Assembly (NCBI GenBank): GCA_050084985.1
Contig: JBITNC010000002.1
Span: forward strand, 62,001-126,000
Direction of reading: 5' to 3'
Source: Nageia nagi
Lineage: Eukaryota; Plantae; Pinophyta
DNA: 64,000 nucleotides
A program made the translations under genes and the position numbers. The notes beneath the pieces are model-generated. The model had not been told where the DNA came from. It was given only the letters and a program-made list of their open reading frames with translations, and made no database searches. Below are positions 10,240-21,583 of this stretch, piece by piece. Within the stretch, counting starts at the first letter, position 1. Every line of letters starts with the position of its first letter.

Positions 10240-10883
10240 TTAATTTTTTAAGTAACCCTAATTTTTTAAGAAACCCTAATTTTTTAAGTAACCCTAATTT
10301 TTTAAGTAACCCTAATTTTTTAATTTTTTAAGTAACCCTAATTTTTTAAGTAACCCTAATTTTTTAAGTAACCCTAATTTTTTAATTTTTTAAGTAACCC
10401 TAATTTTTTAAGTAACCCTAATTTTTTAAGTAACCCTAATTTTTTAAGTAACATTAATTTTTTAAGTAACCCTAATTTTTTAATTTTTTAAGTAACCCTA
10501 ATTTTTTAAGTAACCCTAATTTTTTAAGTAACCCTAATTTTTTAATTTTTTAAGTAACCCTAATTTTTTAAGTAACCCTAATTTTTTAAGTAACCTTAAT
10601 TTTTTAAGTAACCCTAATTTTTTAAGTAACCCTAATTTTTTAAGTAACCCTAATTTTTTAATTTTTTAAGTAACCCTAATTTTTTAAGTAACCCTAATTT
10701 TTTAAGTAACCCTAATTTTTTAAGTAACATTAATTTTTTAAGTAACCCTAATTTTTTAAGTAACCCTAATTTTTTAAGTAACCCTAATTTTTTAAATAAT
10801 TTTTTAAGTAACCCTAATTTTTTAAGTAACATTAATTTTTTAAGTAACCCTAATTTTTTAAGTAACCCTAATTTTTTAAGTAA
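10240..10883 (+). repeat. 18-bp tandem repeat TTTTTTAAGTAACCCTAA (~35 copies) carrying the telomere core AACCCTAA
   Basis: Direct reading. Confidence 0.93.
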
Positions 10884-13800
10884 CTCAGCTCTAGTTAACC
10901 CTAACGCTCTTATCAAATGACGTGGCCATCCAACGGTTTGCTGTAGGCCTTGTGGGTTGATCCCACATGCGCTAGGCTATAATGCACCCTTGTCCATATA
11001 AGGCGTTCCCACCACCTAAAGCTTTGCCAATCGTGGTTTTGAGCTATTGGCACGTTTTCCCCTGCAAAAACTCCAGAGTTAAGCAGGATGATGCGGGAGC
11101 AATCCAGAGATGGGTGACCGGTCGGGATGTCCCGGTGTTGCACCTTCATCTTCAACTCCACGTACTAACAAATGCTTAGAAGTGGTGTCGAACCCTGCTC
11201 GGACACGTGCCCCAGGAAAGCTGCCCCATTTACTCAGCTCTAGTTAACCCTAATGCTCTTATCAAATGACATGGCCATCCAACGATTTGCTGTAGGCCTT
11301 GTGGGTTGATCCCACATGCGCTAGGCTATAATGCACCCTTGTCCATATAAGGCGTTCCCACCACCTAAAGCTTTGCCAATCGTGGTTTTGAGCTACTGGC
11401 ACGTTCTCCCCTGCAAAAACTCCAGAGTTAAGCAGGATGATGCGGGAGCAATCCAGAGATGGGTGACTGGCCGGGATGTCCCGGTGCTGCACCTTCATCT
11501 TCAACTCCACGTACTAACAAATGCTTAGAAGTGGTGTCGAACCCTGCTCGGACACGTGCCCCAGGAAAGCTGCCCCATTTACTCAGCTCTAGTTAACCCT
11601 AATGCTCTTATCAAATGACGTGGCCATCCAACGGTTTGCTGTAGGCCTTGTGGGTTGATCCCACATGCGCTAGGCTATAATGCACCCTTGTTCATATAAG
11701 GCGTTCCCACCACCTAAAGCTTTGCCAATCGTGGTTTTGAGCTACTGGCGCGTTCTCCCCTGCAAAAACTCCAGAGTTAAGCAGGATGATGCGGGAGCAA
11801 TCCAGAGATGGGTGACCGGCCAGGATGTCCCGGTGCTGCACCTTCATCTTCAACTCCACGTACTAACAAATGCTTAGAAGTGGTGTCGAACCCTGCTCGG
11901 ACATGTGCCCCAGGAAAGCTGCCCCATTTACTCAGCTCTAGTTAACCCTAATGCTCTTATCAAATGACGTGGCCATCCAACGGTTTGTTGTAGGCCTTGT
12001 GGGTTGATCCCACATGCGCTAGGCTATAATGCACCCTTGTCCATATAAGGCGTTCCCACCACCTAAAGCTTTGCCAATCGTGGTTTTGAGCTACTGGCGC
12101 GTTCTCCCCTGCAAAAACTCCAGAGTTAAGCAGGATGATGCGGGAGCAATCCAGAGATGGGTGACCGGCCGGGATGTCCCGGTGCTGCACCTTCATCTTC
12201 AACTCCACGTACTAACAAATGCTTAGAAGTGGTGTCGAACCCTGCTCGGACACGTGCCCCAGGAAAGCTGCCCCATTTACTCAGCTCTAGTTAACCCTAA
12301 TGCTCTTATCAAATGACGTGGCCATCCAACGGTTTGCTGTAGGCCTTGTGGGTTGATCCCACATGCGCTAGGCTATAATGCACCCTTGTCCATATAAGGC
12401 GTTCCCACCACCTAAAGCTTTGCCAATCGTGGTTTTGAGCTACTGGCGCGTTCTCCCCTGCAAAAACTCCAGAGTTAAGCAGGATGATGCGGGAGCAATC
12501 CAGAGATGGGTGACCGACCGGGATGTCCCGTGCTGCACCTTCATCTTCAACTCCACGTACTAACAAATGCTTAGAAGTGGTGTCGAACCCTGCTCGGACA
12601 CGTGCCCCAGGAAAGCTGCCCCATTTACTCAGCTCTAGTTAACCCTAATGCTCTTATCAAATGACGTGGCCATCCAACGGTTTGCTGTAGGCCTTGTGGG
12701 TTGATCCCACATGCGCTAGGCTATAATGCACCCTTGTCCATATAAGGCGTTCCCACCACCTAAAGCTTTGCCAATCGTGGTTTTGAGCTACTGGCCGTTC
12801 TCCCCTGCAAAAACTCCAGAGTTAAGCAGGATGATGCGGGAGCAATCCAGAGATGGGTGACCGGCCGGATGTCCCGGTGCTGCACCTTCATCTTCAACTC
12901 CACGTACTAACAAATGCTTAGAAGTGGTGTCGAACCCTGCTCGGAACACGTGCCCCAGGAAAGCTGCCCCATTTACTCAGCTCTAGTTAACCCTAATGCT
13001 CTTATCAAATGACGTGGCCATCCAACGGTTTGCTGTAGGCCTTGTGGGTTGATCCCACATGCGCTAGGCTATAATGCACCCTTGTCCATATAAGGCGTTC
13101 CCACCACCTAAAGCTTTGCCAATCGTGGTTTTGAGCTACTGGCGCGTTCTCCCCTGCAAAAACTCCAGAGTTAAGCAGGATGATGCGGGAGCAATCCAGA
13201 GATGGGTGACCGACCGGGATGTCCCGAGTGCTGCACCTTCATCTTCAACTCCACGTACTAACAAATGCTTAGAAGTGGTGTCGAACCCTGCTCGGACACG
13301 TGCCCCAGGAAAGCTGCCCCATTTACTCAGCTCTAGTTAACCCTAATGCTCTTATCAAATGACGTGGCCATCCAACGGTTTGCTGTAGGCCTTGTGGGTT
13401 GATCCACATGCGCTAGGCTATAATGCACCCTTGTCCATATAAGGCTTCCCACACCTAAAGCTTTGCCAATCGTGGTTTTGAGCTACTGGCACGTTCTCCC
13501 CTGCAAAAACTCCAGAGTTAAGCAGGATGATGCGGGAGCAATCCAGAGATGGGTGACGAGCGGATTCCCGGTGCTGCACCTTCATCTTCAACTCCACGTA
13601 CTAACAAATGCTTAGAAGTGGTGTCGAACCCTGCTCGGACACGTGCCCAGGAAAGCTGCCCCATTTACTCAGCTCTAGTTAACCCTAATGCTCTTATCAA
13701 ATGACGTGGCCATCCAACGGTTTGCTGTAGGCCTTGTGGGTTGATCCCACATGCGCTAGGCTATAATGCACCCTTGTCCATATAAGGCGTTCCCACCACC

Positions 13801-15414
13801 TAAAGCTTTGCCAATCGTGGTTTTGAGCTACTGGCGCGTTCTCCCCTGCAAAAACTCCAGAGTTAAGCAGGATGATGCGGGAGCAATCCAGAGATGGGTG
13901 ACCGGACGGGATGTCCCGATGCTGCACTGCGCCCTTCATCTTCAAAATCCACGTACTAACAAATGCTTAGAAGTGGTGTCGAACCCTCTCGGACACGTGC
14001 CCAGGAAAGCTGCCCCATTTACTCAGCTCTAGTTAACCCTAATGCTCTTATCAAATGACGTGGCCATCCAACGGTTTGCTGTAGGCCTTGTGGGTTGATC
14101 CCACATGCGCTAGGCTATAATGCACCCTTGTCCATATAAGGCGTTCCCACCACCTAAAGCTTTGCCAATCGTGGTTTTGAGCTACTGGCGCGTTCTCCCT
14201 GCAAAAACTCCAGAGTTAAGCAGGATGATGCGGGAGCAATCAGAGATGGGTGACCGACCGGGATGTCCGGTGCTGCACCTTCATCTTCAACTCCACGTAC
14301 TAACAAATGCTTAGAAGTGGTGTCGAACCCTGCTCGAACACGTGCCCCAGGAAAGCTGCCCCATTTACTCAGCTCTAGTTAACCCTAATGCTCTTATCAA
14401 ATGACGTGGCCATCCAACGGTTTGCTGTAGGCCTTGTGGGTTGATCCCACATGCGTAGGCTATAATGCACCCTTGTCCATATAAGGCGTTCCCACCACCT
14501 AAAGCTTTGCCAATCGTGGTTTTGAGCTATGGCACGTTCTCCCTGCAAAACTCAGAGTTAAGCAGGATGATGCGGGAGCAATCAGAGATGGGTGACCGCC
14601 GGGATGTCCCGTGCTGCACCTTCATCTTCAACTCCACGTACTAACAAATGCTTAGAAGTGGTGTCGAACCCTGCTCGGACAGTGCCCCAGGAAAGCTGCC
14701 CCATTTACTCAGCTCTAGTTAACCCTAATGCTCTTATCAAATGACGTGGCCATCCAACGGTTTGCTGTAGGCCTTGTGGGTTGATCCCACATGCGCTAGG
14801 CTATAATGCCCCTTGTCCATATAAGGCTTCCCACCACCTAAAGCTTTGCCATCGTGGTTTTGAGCTACTGGCACGTTCTCCCCTGCAAAAACTCCAGAGT
14901 TAAGCAGGATGATGCGGGAGCAATCCAGAGATGGGTGATCCGATCGGGATGTCCCGGTGCTGCACCTTCATCTTCAACTCCACGTACTAACAAATGCTTA
15001 GAAGTGGTGTCGAACCCTGCTCGGACACGTGCCCCTAGGAAAGCTGCCCCATTTACTCAGCTCTAGTTAACCCTAATGCTCTTATCAAATGACGTGGCCA
15101 TCCAACGGTTTGCTGTAGGCCTTGTGGGTTGATCCCACATGCGCTAGGCTATAATGCACCCTTGTCCATATAAGGCGTTCCCACCACCTAAAGCTTTGCC
15201 AATCGTGGTTTTGAGCTACTGGCACGTTCTCCCCTGCAAAAACTCAGAGTTAAGCAGGATGATGCGGGAGCAATCCAGAGATGGGTGATCGGCCGGGATG
15301 TCCGAGTGCTGCACCTTCATCTTCAACTCCACGTACTAACAAATGCTTAGAAGTGGTGTCGAACCCTGCTCGAACACGTGCCCCAGGAAAGCTGCCCCAT
15401 TTACTCAGCTCTAA

Positions 15415-15523
15415 TAAACCCTAAACCCTAACCTTAAACCCTAAAACCCTAAACCTAAAACCGTAAACCTTAAACCCTAAAACCTAACCCTAAAACCTAA
15501 ACCCTAAACCCCAAACCCTAAAC
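15415..15523 (+). repeat. Short degenerate (CCCTAAA)n tract inside satellite 1
   Basis: Direct reading. Confidence 0.93.
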
Positions 15524-16654
15524 TCCAGTACTAACAAATGCTTAGAAGTGGTGTCGAACCCTGCTCGGACATGTGCCCCAGGAAAGCTGCCCCATTTACT
15601 CAGCTCTAGTTAACCTAATGCTCTTATCAAATGACGTGGCCATCCAACGGTTTGCTGTAGGCCTTGTGGGTTGATCCCACATGCGCTAGGCTATAATGCA
15701 CCCTTGTCCATATAAGGCGTTCCCACCACCTAAAGCTTTGCCATTCGTGGTTTTGAGCTACTGGCACGTTCTCCCCCTGCAAAAACTCCAGAGTTAAGCA
15801 GGATGATGTGGGAGCAATCCAGAGATGGGTGACCGATCGGGATGTCCCGGTGCTGCACCTTCATCTTCAACTCCACGTACTAACAAATGCTTAGAAGTGG
15901 TGTCGAACCCTGCTCGGACACGTGCCCCAGGAAAGTTACCCCATTTACTCAGCTCTAGTTAACCCTAATGCTCTTATCAAATGACGTGGCCATCCAACGG
16001 TTTGCTGTAGGCCTTGTGGGTTGATCCCACATGCGTTAGGCTATAATGCACCCTTGTCCATATAAGGCGTTCCCACCACCTAAAGCTTTGCCAATCGTGG
16101 TTTTGAGCTACTGGCACGTTCTCCCCTGCAAAAACTCTAGAGTTAAGCAGGATGATGCGGGAGCAATCCAGAGATGGGTGATCGGTCGGGATGTCCCAGT
16201 GCTGCACCTTCATCTTCAACTCCACGTACTAACAAATGCTTAGAAGTGGTGTCGAACCGTGCTCGGACACGTGCCCCAGGAAAGCTACCCCATTTACTCA
16301 GCTCTAGTTAACCCTAATGCTTTATCAAATGACGTGGCCATCCAACGGTTTGCTGTAGGCCTTGTGGGTTGATCCCACATGCGCTAGGCTATAATGCACC
16401 CTTGTCCATATAAGGCGTTCCCACCACCTAAAGCTTTGCCAATCGTGGTTTTGAGCTACTGGCGCATTCTCCCTGCAAAAACTCCAGAGTTAAGCAGGAT
16501 GATGCGGGAGCAATCTAGAGATGGGTGACCGACCGGGATGTCCTGATGCTGCACCTTCATCTTCAACTCCACGTACTAACAAATGCTTAGAAGTGGTGTC
16601 GAACCCTGCTCGGACACGTGCCCCAAGAAAGCTGCCCCATTTACTCAGCTCTAA

Positions 16655-16804
16655 TAAACCCTAAACCCTAAACCTTAAACCCTAAAACCCTAAACCTTAA
16701 ACCCTAAAACCGTAAACCCTAAACCCTAAAACCCTAAACCCTAAACCCTAAAACCCTAAAACCTAAACCCTAAAACCCTAAACCCCAAACCCCAAACCCT
16801 AAAC
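16655..16804 (+). repeat. Short degenerate (CCCTAAA)n tract inside satellite 1
   Basis: Direct reading; same breakpoints as 15415-15523. Confidence 0.93.
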
Positions 16805-17599
16805 TCCACGTACTAACAAATGCTTAGAAGTGGTGTCGAACCCTGCTCGGACACGTGCCCCAGGAAAGCTGCCCCATTTACTCAGCTCTAGTTAACCCTA
16901 ATGCTCTTATCAAATGACGTGGCCATCCAACGGTTTGCTGTAGGCCTTGTGGGTTGATCCCACATGCGCTAGGCTATAATGCACCCTTGTCCATATAAGG
17001 CATTCCCACCACCTAAAGCTTTGCCAATCGTGGTTTTGAGCTACTGGCACGTTCTCCCTGCAAAAACTCCAAAGTTAAGCAGGATGATGTGGGAGCAATC
17101 CAGAGATGGGTGACCGACCGGGATGTCCCAGTGCTGCACCTTCATCTTCAACTCCACGTACTAACAAATGCTTAGAAGTGGTGTCGAACCCTGCTCGGAC
17201 ACGTGCCCCAGGAAAGTTACCCCATTTACTCAGCTCTAGTTAACCCTAATGCTCTTATCAAATGACGTGGCCATCCAACGGTTTGCTGTAGGCCTTGTGG
17301 GTTGATCCCACATGCGCTAGGCTATAATGCACCCTTGTCCATATAAGGCGTTCCCACCACCTAAAGCTTTGCCAATCGTGGTTTTGAGCTACTGGCACGT
17401 TCTCCCTTGCAAAAACTCCAGAGTTAAGCAGGATGATGCGGGAACAATCCAGAGATGGGTGACCGGTCAGGATGTCCTAGTGCTGCACCTTCATCTTCAA
17501 CTCCACGTACTAACAAATGCTTAGAAGTGGTGTCGAACCCTGCTCGGACACGTGCCCCAGGGAAGCTGCCCCATTTACTCAGCTCTAGTAAACCCTAAA

Positions 17600-20500
17600 C
17601 CCTACGATGGCTCATATCCTTACCTCGAGATGCATGCCAGATCTCCTCCAAAGTGACTGAGCTCTCGGACATATTCCTTGGTAAGCATGCTTGCTCGTCT
17701 CATACTGCTCACCTAGAAAAGATCATTCAAATAAACCCTAAACCATTCAAATACTATGAGGTACGCTGTGAGACTTGAGCAATAATCCCACATGCACAAC
17801 CTGGCTAGCGCCTATGGGATATATAATGCACAATATACACCTAAAGCTTTGCCAATTGGGGTGTAAGAGTTGTAAGGGTGTAAATCCCGAAAATAGTGCT
17901 AAGACGGACGTCCGAACACTATTATTCCCCCCATATTAACAAATGCTTAGAAGTGTTGCGTGCAAAAACATTCCCATGTGGCCCCATTTCCTACCTCGGT
18001 AAGCGTGCCCAGCCATAGAGCCTGCTCACCTTATGCCTCGAAATGCTGCCCCTTCCTAGCCCCCTCGATATTCGTGCCTCTGCAATAGCAAGCCCACCTC
18101 AAATTTCTGCCAAAGACTAAGCCACCATAGGTGCCTTACTACCAAAAATGGTAGATTGTCTTAGTGGAACCCCTCTCACCTCGATATGCATGACAATGCC
18201 CTTACTTGTGCAAGCCTCGAGTTGCATGTGCCACCATACTGTGAGAGCCTTAGCTGCCTACGATGGCTCATATCCTTACCTCGAGATGCATGCCAGACCT
18301 CCTCCAAAGTGACTGAGCTCTCGGACATATTCCTCGGTAAGCGTGCTTGCTCATCTCATACTGCTCACCTAGAAAAGATCATTCAAAGAAACCCTAAACC
18401 ATTCAAATACTATGAGGTACGCTGTGAGACTTGAGCAATAATCCCACATGCACAACCTGGCTAGCGCCTATGGGATATATAATGCACAATATACACCTAA
18501 AGCTTTGCCAATTGGGGTGTAAGAGTTGTAAGGGTGTAAATCCCGAAAATAGTGCTAAGACGGACGTCCGAACACTATTATTCCCCCCATATTAACAAAT
18601 GCTTAGAAGTGTTGCGTGCAAAAACATTCCCATGTGGCCCCATTTCCTACCTCGGTAAGCGTGCCCAGCCACAGAGCCTGCTCACCCTATGCCTTGAAAT
18701 GCGTGCCCCTTACCTAGCCCCCTCGATATTCGTGCCTCTGCAATAGCAAGCCCACCTCAAATTTCATGCCAAAGACTAAGCCACCCACAGGTGCCTTACT
18801 ACCAAAAATGGTAGATTATCTTAGTGGAACCCCTCTCACCTCGATATGCATGACAATGCCCTTACCAGTGTAAGCCTCGAGTTGCATGCCACCATACTGT
18901 GAGAGCCTTAGCTGCCTACGATGGCTCATATCCTTACCTCGAGATGCATGCCAGACCTCCTCCAAAGTGACTGAGCTCTCGGACATATTCCTCGGTAAGC
19001 GTGCTTGCTCGTCTCATACTGCTCACCTAGAAAAGATCATTCAAATAAACCCTAAACCATTCAAATACTATGAGGTACGCTGTGAGACTTGAGCAATAAT
19101 CCCACATGCACAACCTGGCTAGCGCCTATGGGATATATAATGCACAATATACACCTAAAGCTTTGCCAATTGGGGTGTAAGAGTTGTAAGGGTGTAAATC
19201 CCGAAAATAGTGCTAAGACGGACGTCCGAACACTATTATTCCCCCCATATTAACAAATGCTTAGAAGTGTTGCATGCAAAAACATTCCCATGTGGCCCCA
19301 TTTCCTACCTCGGTAAGCATGCCCAGCCACAGAGCCTGCTCACCCTATGCCTCAAAATGCGTGCCCCTTACCTAGCCCCCTCGATATTCGTGCCTCTGTA
19401 ATAGCAAGCCCACCTCAAATTTCATGCCAAAGACTAAGCCACCCATAGGTGCCTTACTACCAAAAATGGTAGATTATCTTAGTGGAACCCCTCTCACCTC
19501 GATATGCATGACAATGCCCTTACCAGTGTAAGCCTCGAGTTGTGTGCCACCATACTGTGAGAGCCTTAGCTGCCTACGATGGCTCATATCCTTACCTCGA
19601 GATGCATGCCAGACCTCCTCCAAAGTGACTGAGCTCTCGAACATATTCCTCGGTAAGCATGCTTGCTCGTCTAATACTGCTCACCTAGAAAAGATCATTC
19701 AAATAAACCCTAAACCATTCAAATACTATGAGGTACGCTGTGAGACTTGAGCAATAATCCCACATGCACAACCTGGCTAGCGCCTATGGGATATATAATG
19801 CACAATATACACCTAAAGCTTTGCCAATTGGGGTGTAAGAGTTGTAAGGGTGTAAATCCCCAAAAATAGTGCTAAGACGGACGTCCGAACACTATTATTC
19901 CCCCCATATTAACAAATGCTTAGAAGTGTTGCGTGCAAAAACATTCCCATGTGGCCCCATTTCCTACCTTGGTAAGCATGCCCAACCACAGAGCCTGCTC
20001 ACCCTATGCCTTGAAATGCATGCCCCTTGCCTAGCCCCCTCGATATTCGTGCCTCTACAATAGCAAGCCCACCTCAAATTTCGTGCCAAAGACTAAGCCA
20101 CCCACAGGTGCCTTACTACCAAAAATGGTAGATTATCTTAGTGGAACCCCTCTCACCTCGATATGCATGATAATGCCCTTACCAGTGCAAGCCTTGAGTT
20201 GCATGCCACCATACTGTGAGAGCCTTAGCTGCCTACGATGGCTCATATCCTTACCTCGAGATGCATGCCAGACCTCCTCCAAAGTGACTGAGCTCTCGGA
20301 CATATTCCTCGGTAAGCGTGCTTACTCGTCTCATACTGCTCACCTAGAAAAGATCATTCAAAAATACCCTAAACCATTCAAATACTATGAGGTACGCTGT
20401 GAGACTTGAGCAATAATCCCACATGCACAACCTGGCTAGCGCCTATGGGATATATAATGCACAATAACACCTAAAGCTTTGCCAATTGGGTGTAAGAGTT

Positions 20501-21030
20501 GTAAGGGTGTAAATCCCGAAAATAGTGCTAAGACGGACGTCCGAACACTATTATTCCCCCATATTGACAAATGCTTAGAAGTGTTGCATGCAAAAACATT
20601 CCCATGTGGCCCCATTTCCTACCTCGGTAAGCGTGCCCAGCCATAGAGCCTGCTCACCCTATGCCTCGAAATGCATGCCCCTTACCTAGCCCCCTCGATA
20701 TTCGTGCCTCTGCAATAGCAAGCCCACCTCAAATTTCATGCCAAAGACTAAGCCACCCACAGGTGCCTTACTACCAAAAATGGTAGATTATCTTAGTGGA
20801 ACCCTTCTCACCTCGATATGCGTGACAATGCCCTTACCAGTGTAAGCCTCGAGTTGCGTGCCACCATACTGTGAGAGCCTTAGCTGCCTACGATGGCTCA
20901 TATCCTTACCTCGAGATGCATGCCAGACCTCCTCCAAAGTGATTGAGCTCTCGGACATATTCCTCGGTAAGCCTGCTTGCTCGTCTCATACTGCTCACCT
21001 AGAAAAGATCATTCAAATAAACCCTAAACC
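17600..21030 (+). repeat. Subtelomeric satellite 2, ~658-bp unit, ~5 copies
   Basis: Equivalent ORF starts at 18552, 19210 and 19869 give the period; shares blocks with satellite 1. Confidence 0.95.
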
Positions 21031-21583
21031 CTAAACCCTAAACCCTAAACCCTAAACCCTAAAACCCTAAACCCTAAACCCTAAAACCCTAAACCCTAAA
21101 CCCTAAACCCTAAACCCTAAACCCTAAAACCTAAACCCTAAACCCTAAACCCTAAACCCTAAAAACCCTGAACCCTGAACCCTTGAACCCTGAACCCTGA
21201 ACCTTGAACCCTGAACCCTGAACCCTCAACCCTTAACCCTCAACCCTCAACCCTTAACCCTCAACCCTCAACCCTCAACCCTAAACCCTAAACCCTAAAC
21301 CCTAAACCCTAAAAAAAAAACCCTAAAAAACCCTAAAAAAACCCTAAACCCTAAACCCTAAACCCTAAACCCTAAAACCCTAAACCCTAAACCCTAAACC
21401 CTAAACCCTAAACCCTAAACCCTAAAAACCCTAAACCCTAAACCCTAAACCCTAAACCCTAAAACCCTAAAAACCCAAAACCCAAAACCCTAAACCCTAA
21501 AACCCTAAACCCTAAACCCTAAACCCTAAACCCTAAAACCCTAAACCCTAAACCCTAAACCCTAAACCTTAAACCCTAAACCT
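21019..21583 (+). repeat. Telomeric tract (CCCTAAA)n with CCCTGAA/CCCTCAA variant block
   Basis: Direct reading. Confidence 0.95.

Larger units (their letters stand above)
4792..10883 (+). mobile_element. Endonuclease-deficient Penelope-like retroelement, family B, with direct pseudo-LTRs
   Basis: 4792-5458 duplicates 9643-10265 (RT C-terminus + 3' UTR + HHR); decayed ORF1 and RT in between; no GIY-YIG. Confidence 0.9.
10883..17590 (+). repeat. Subtelomeric satellite 1, 349-bp unit, ~19 copies
   Basis: Unit ACTCAGCTCTAGTTAACCCTAATG...CTGCCCCATTT recurs at 10883, 11232, 11581, 11930 and onward. Confidence 0.96.

Noticed and set aside
10650-20409. Repeated short ORFs in the 18-bp repeat and satellites as real genes
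   Set aside because: By-products of tandem repeats; frequently broken by indels; no recognisable domains
10240-21030. CRISPR array
   Set aside because: Eukaryotic context, no cas genes, units repeat in full with no unique spacers
10883-21030. Hammerhead or 5S rDNA within satellite units
   Set aside because: No CUGANGA..GAAA core with stems and no 5S similarity recognised on either strand by eye
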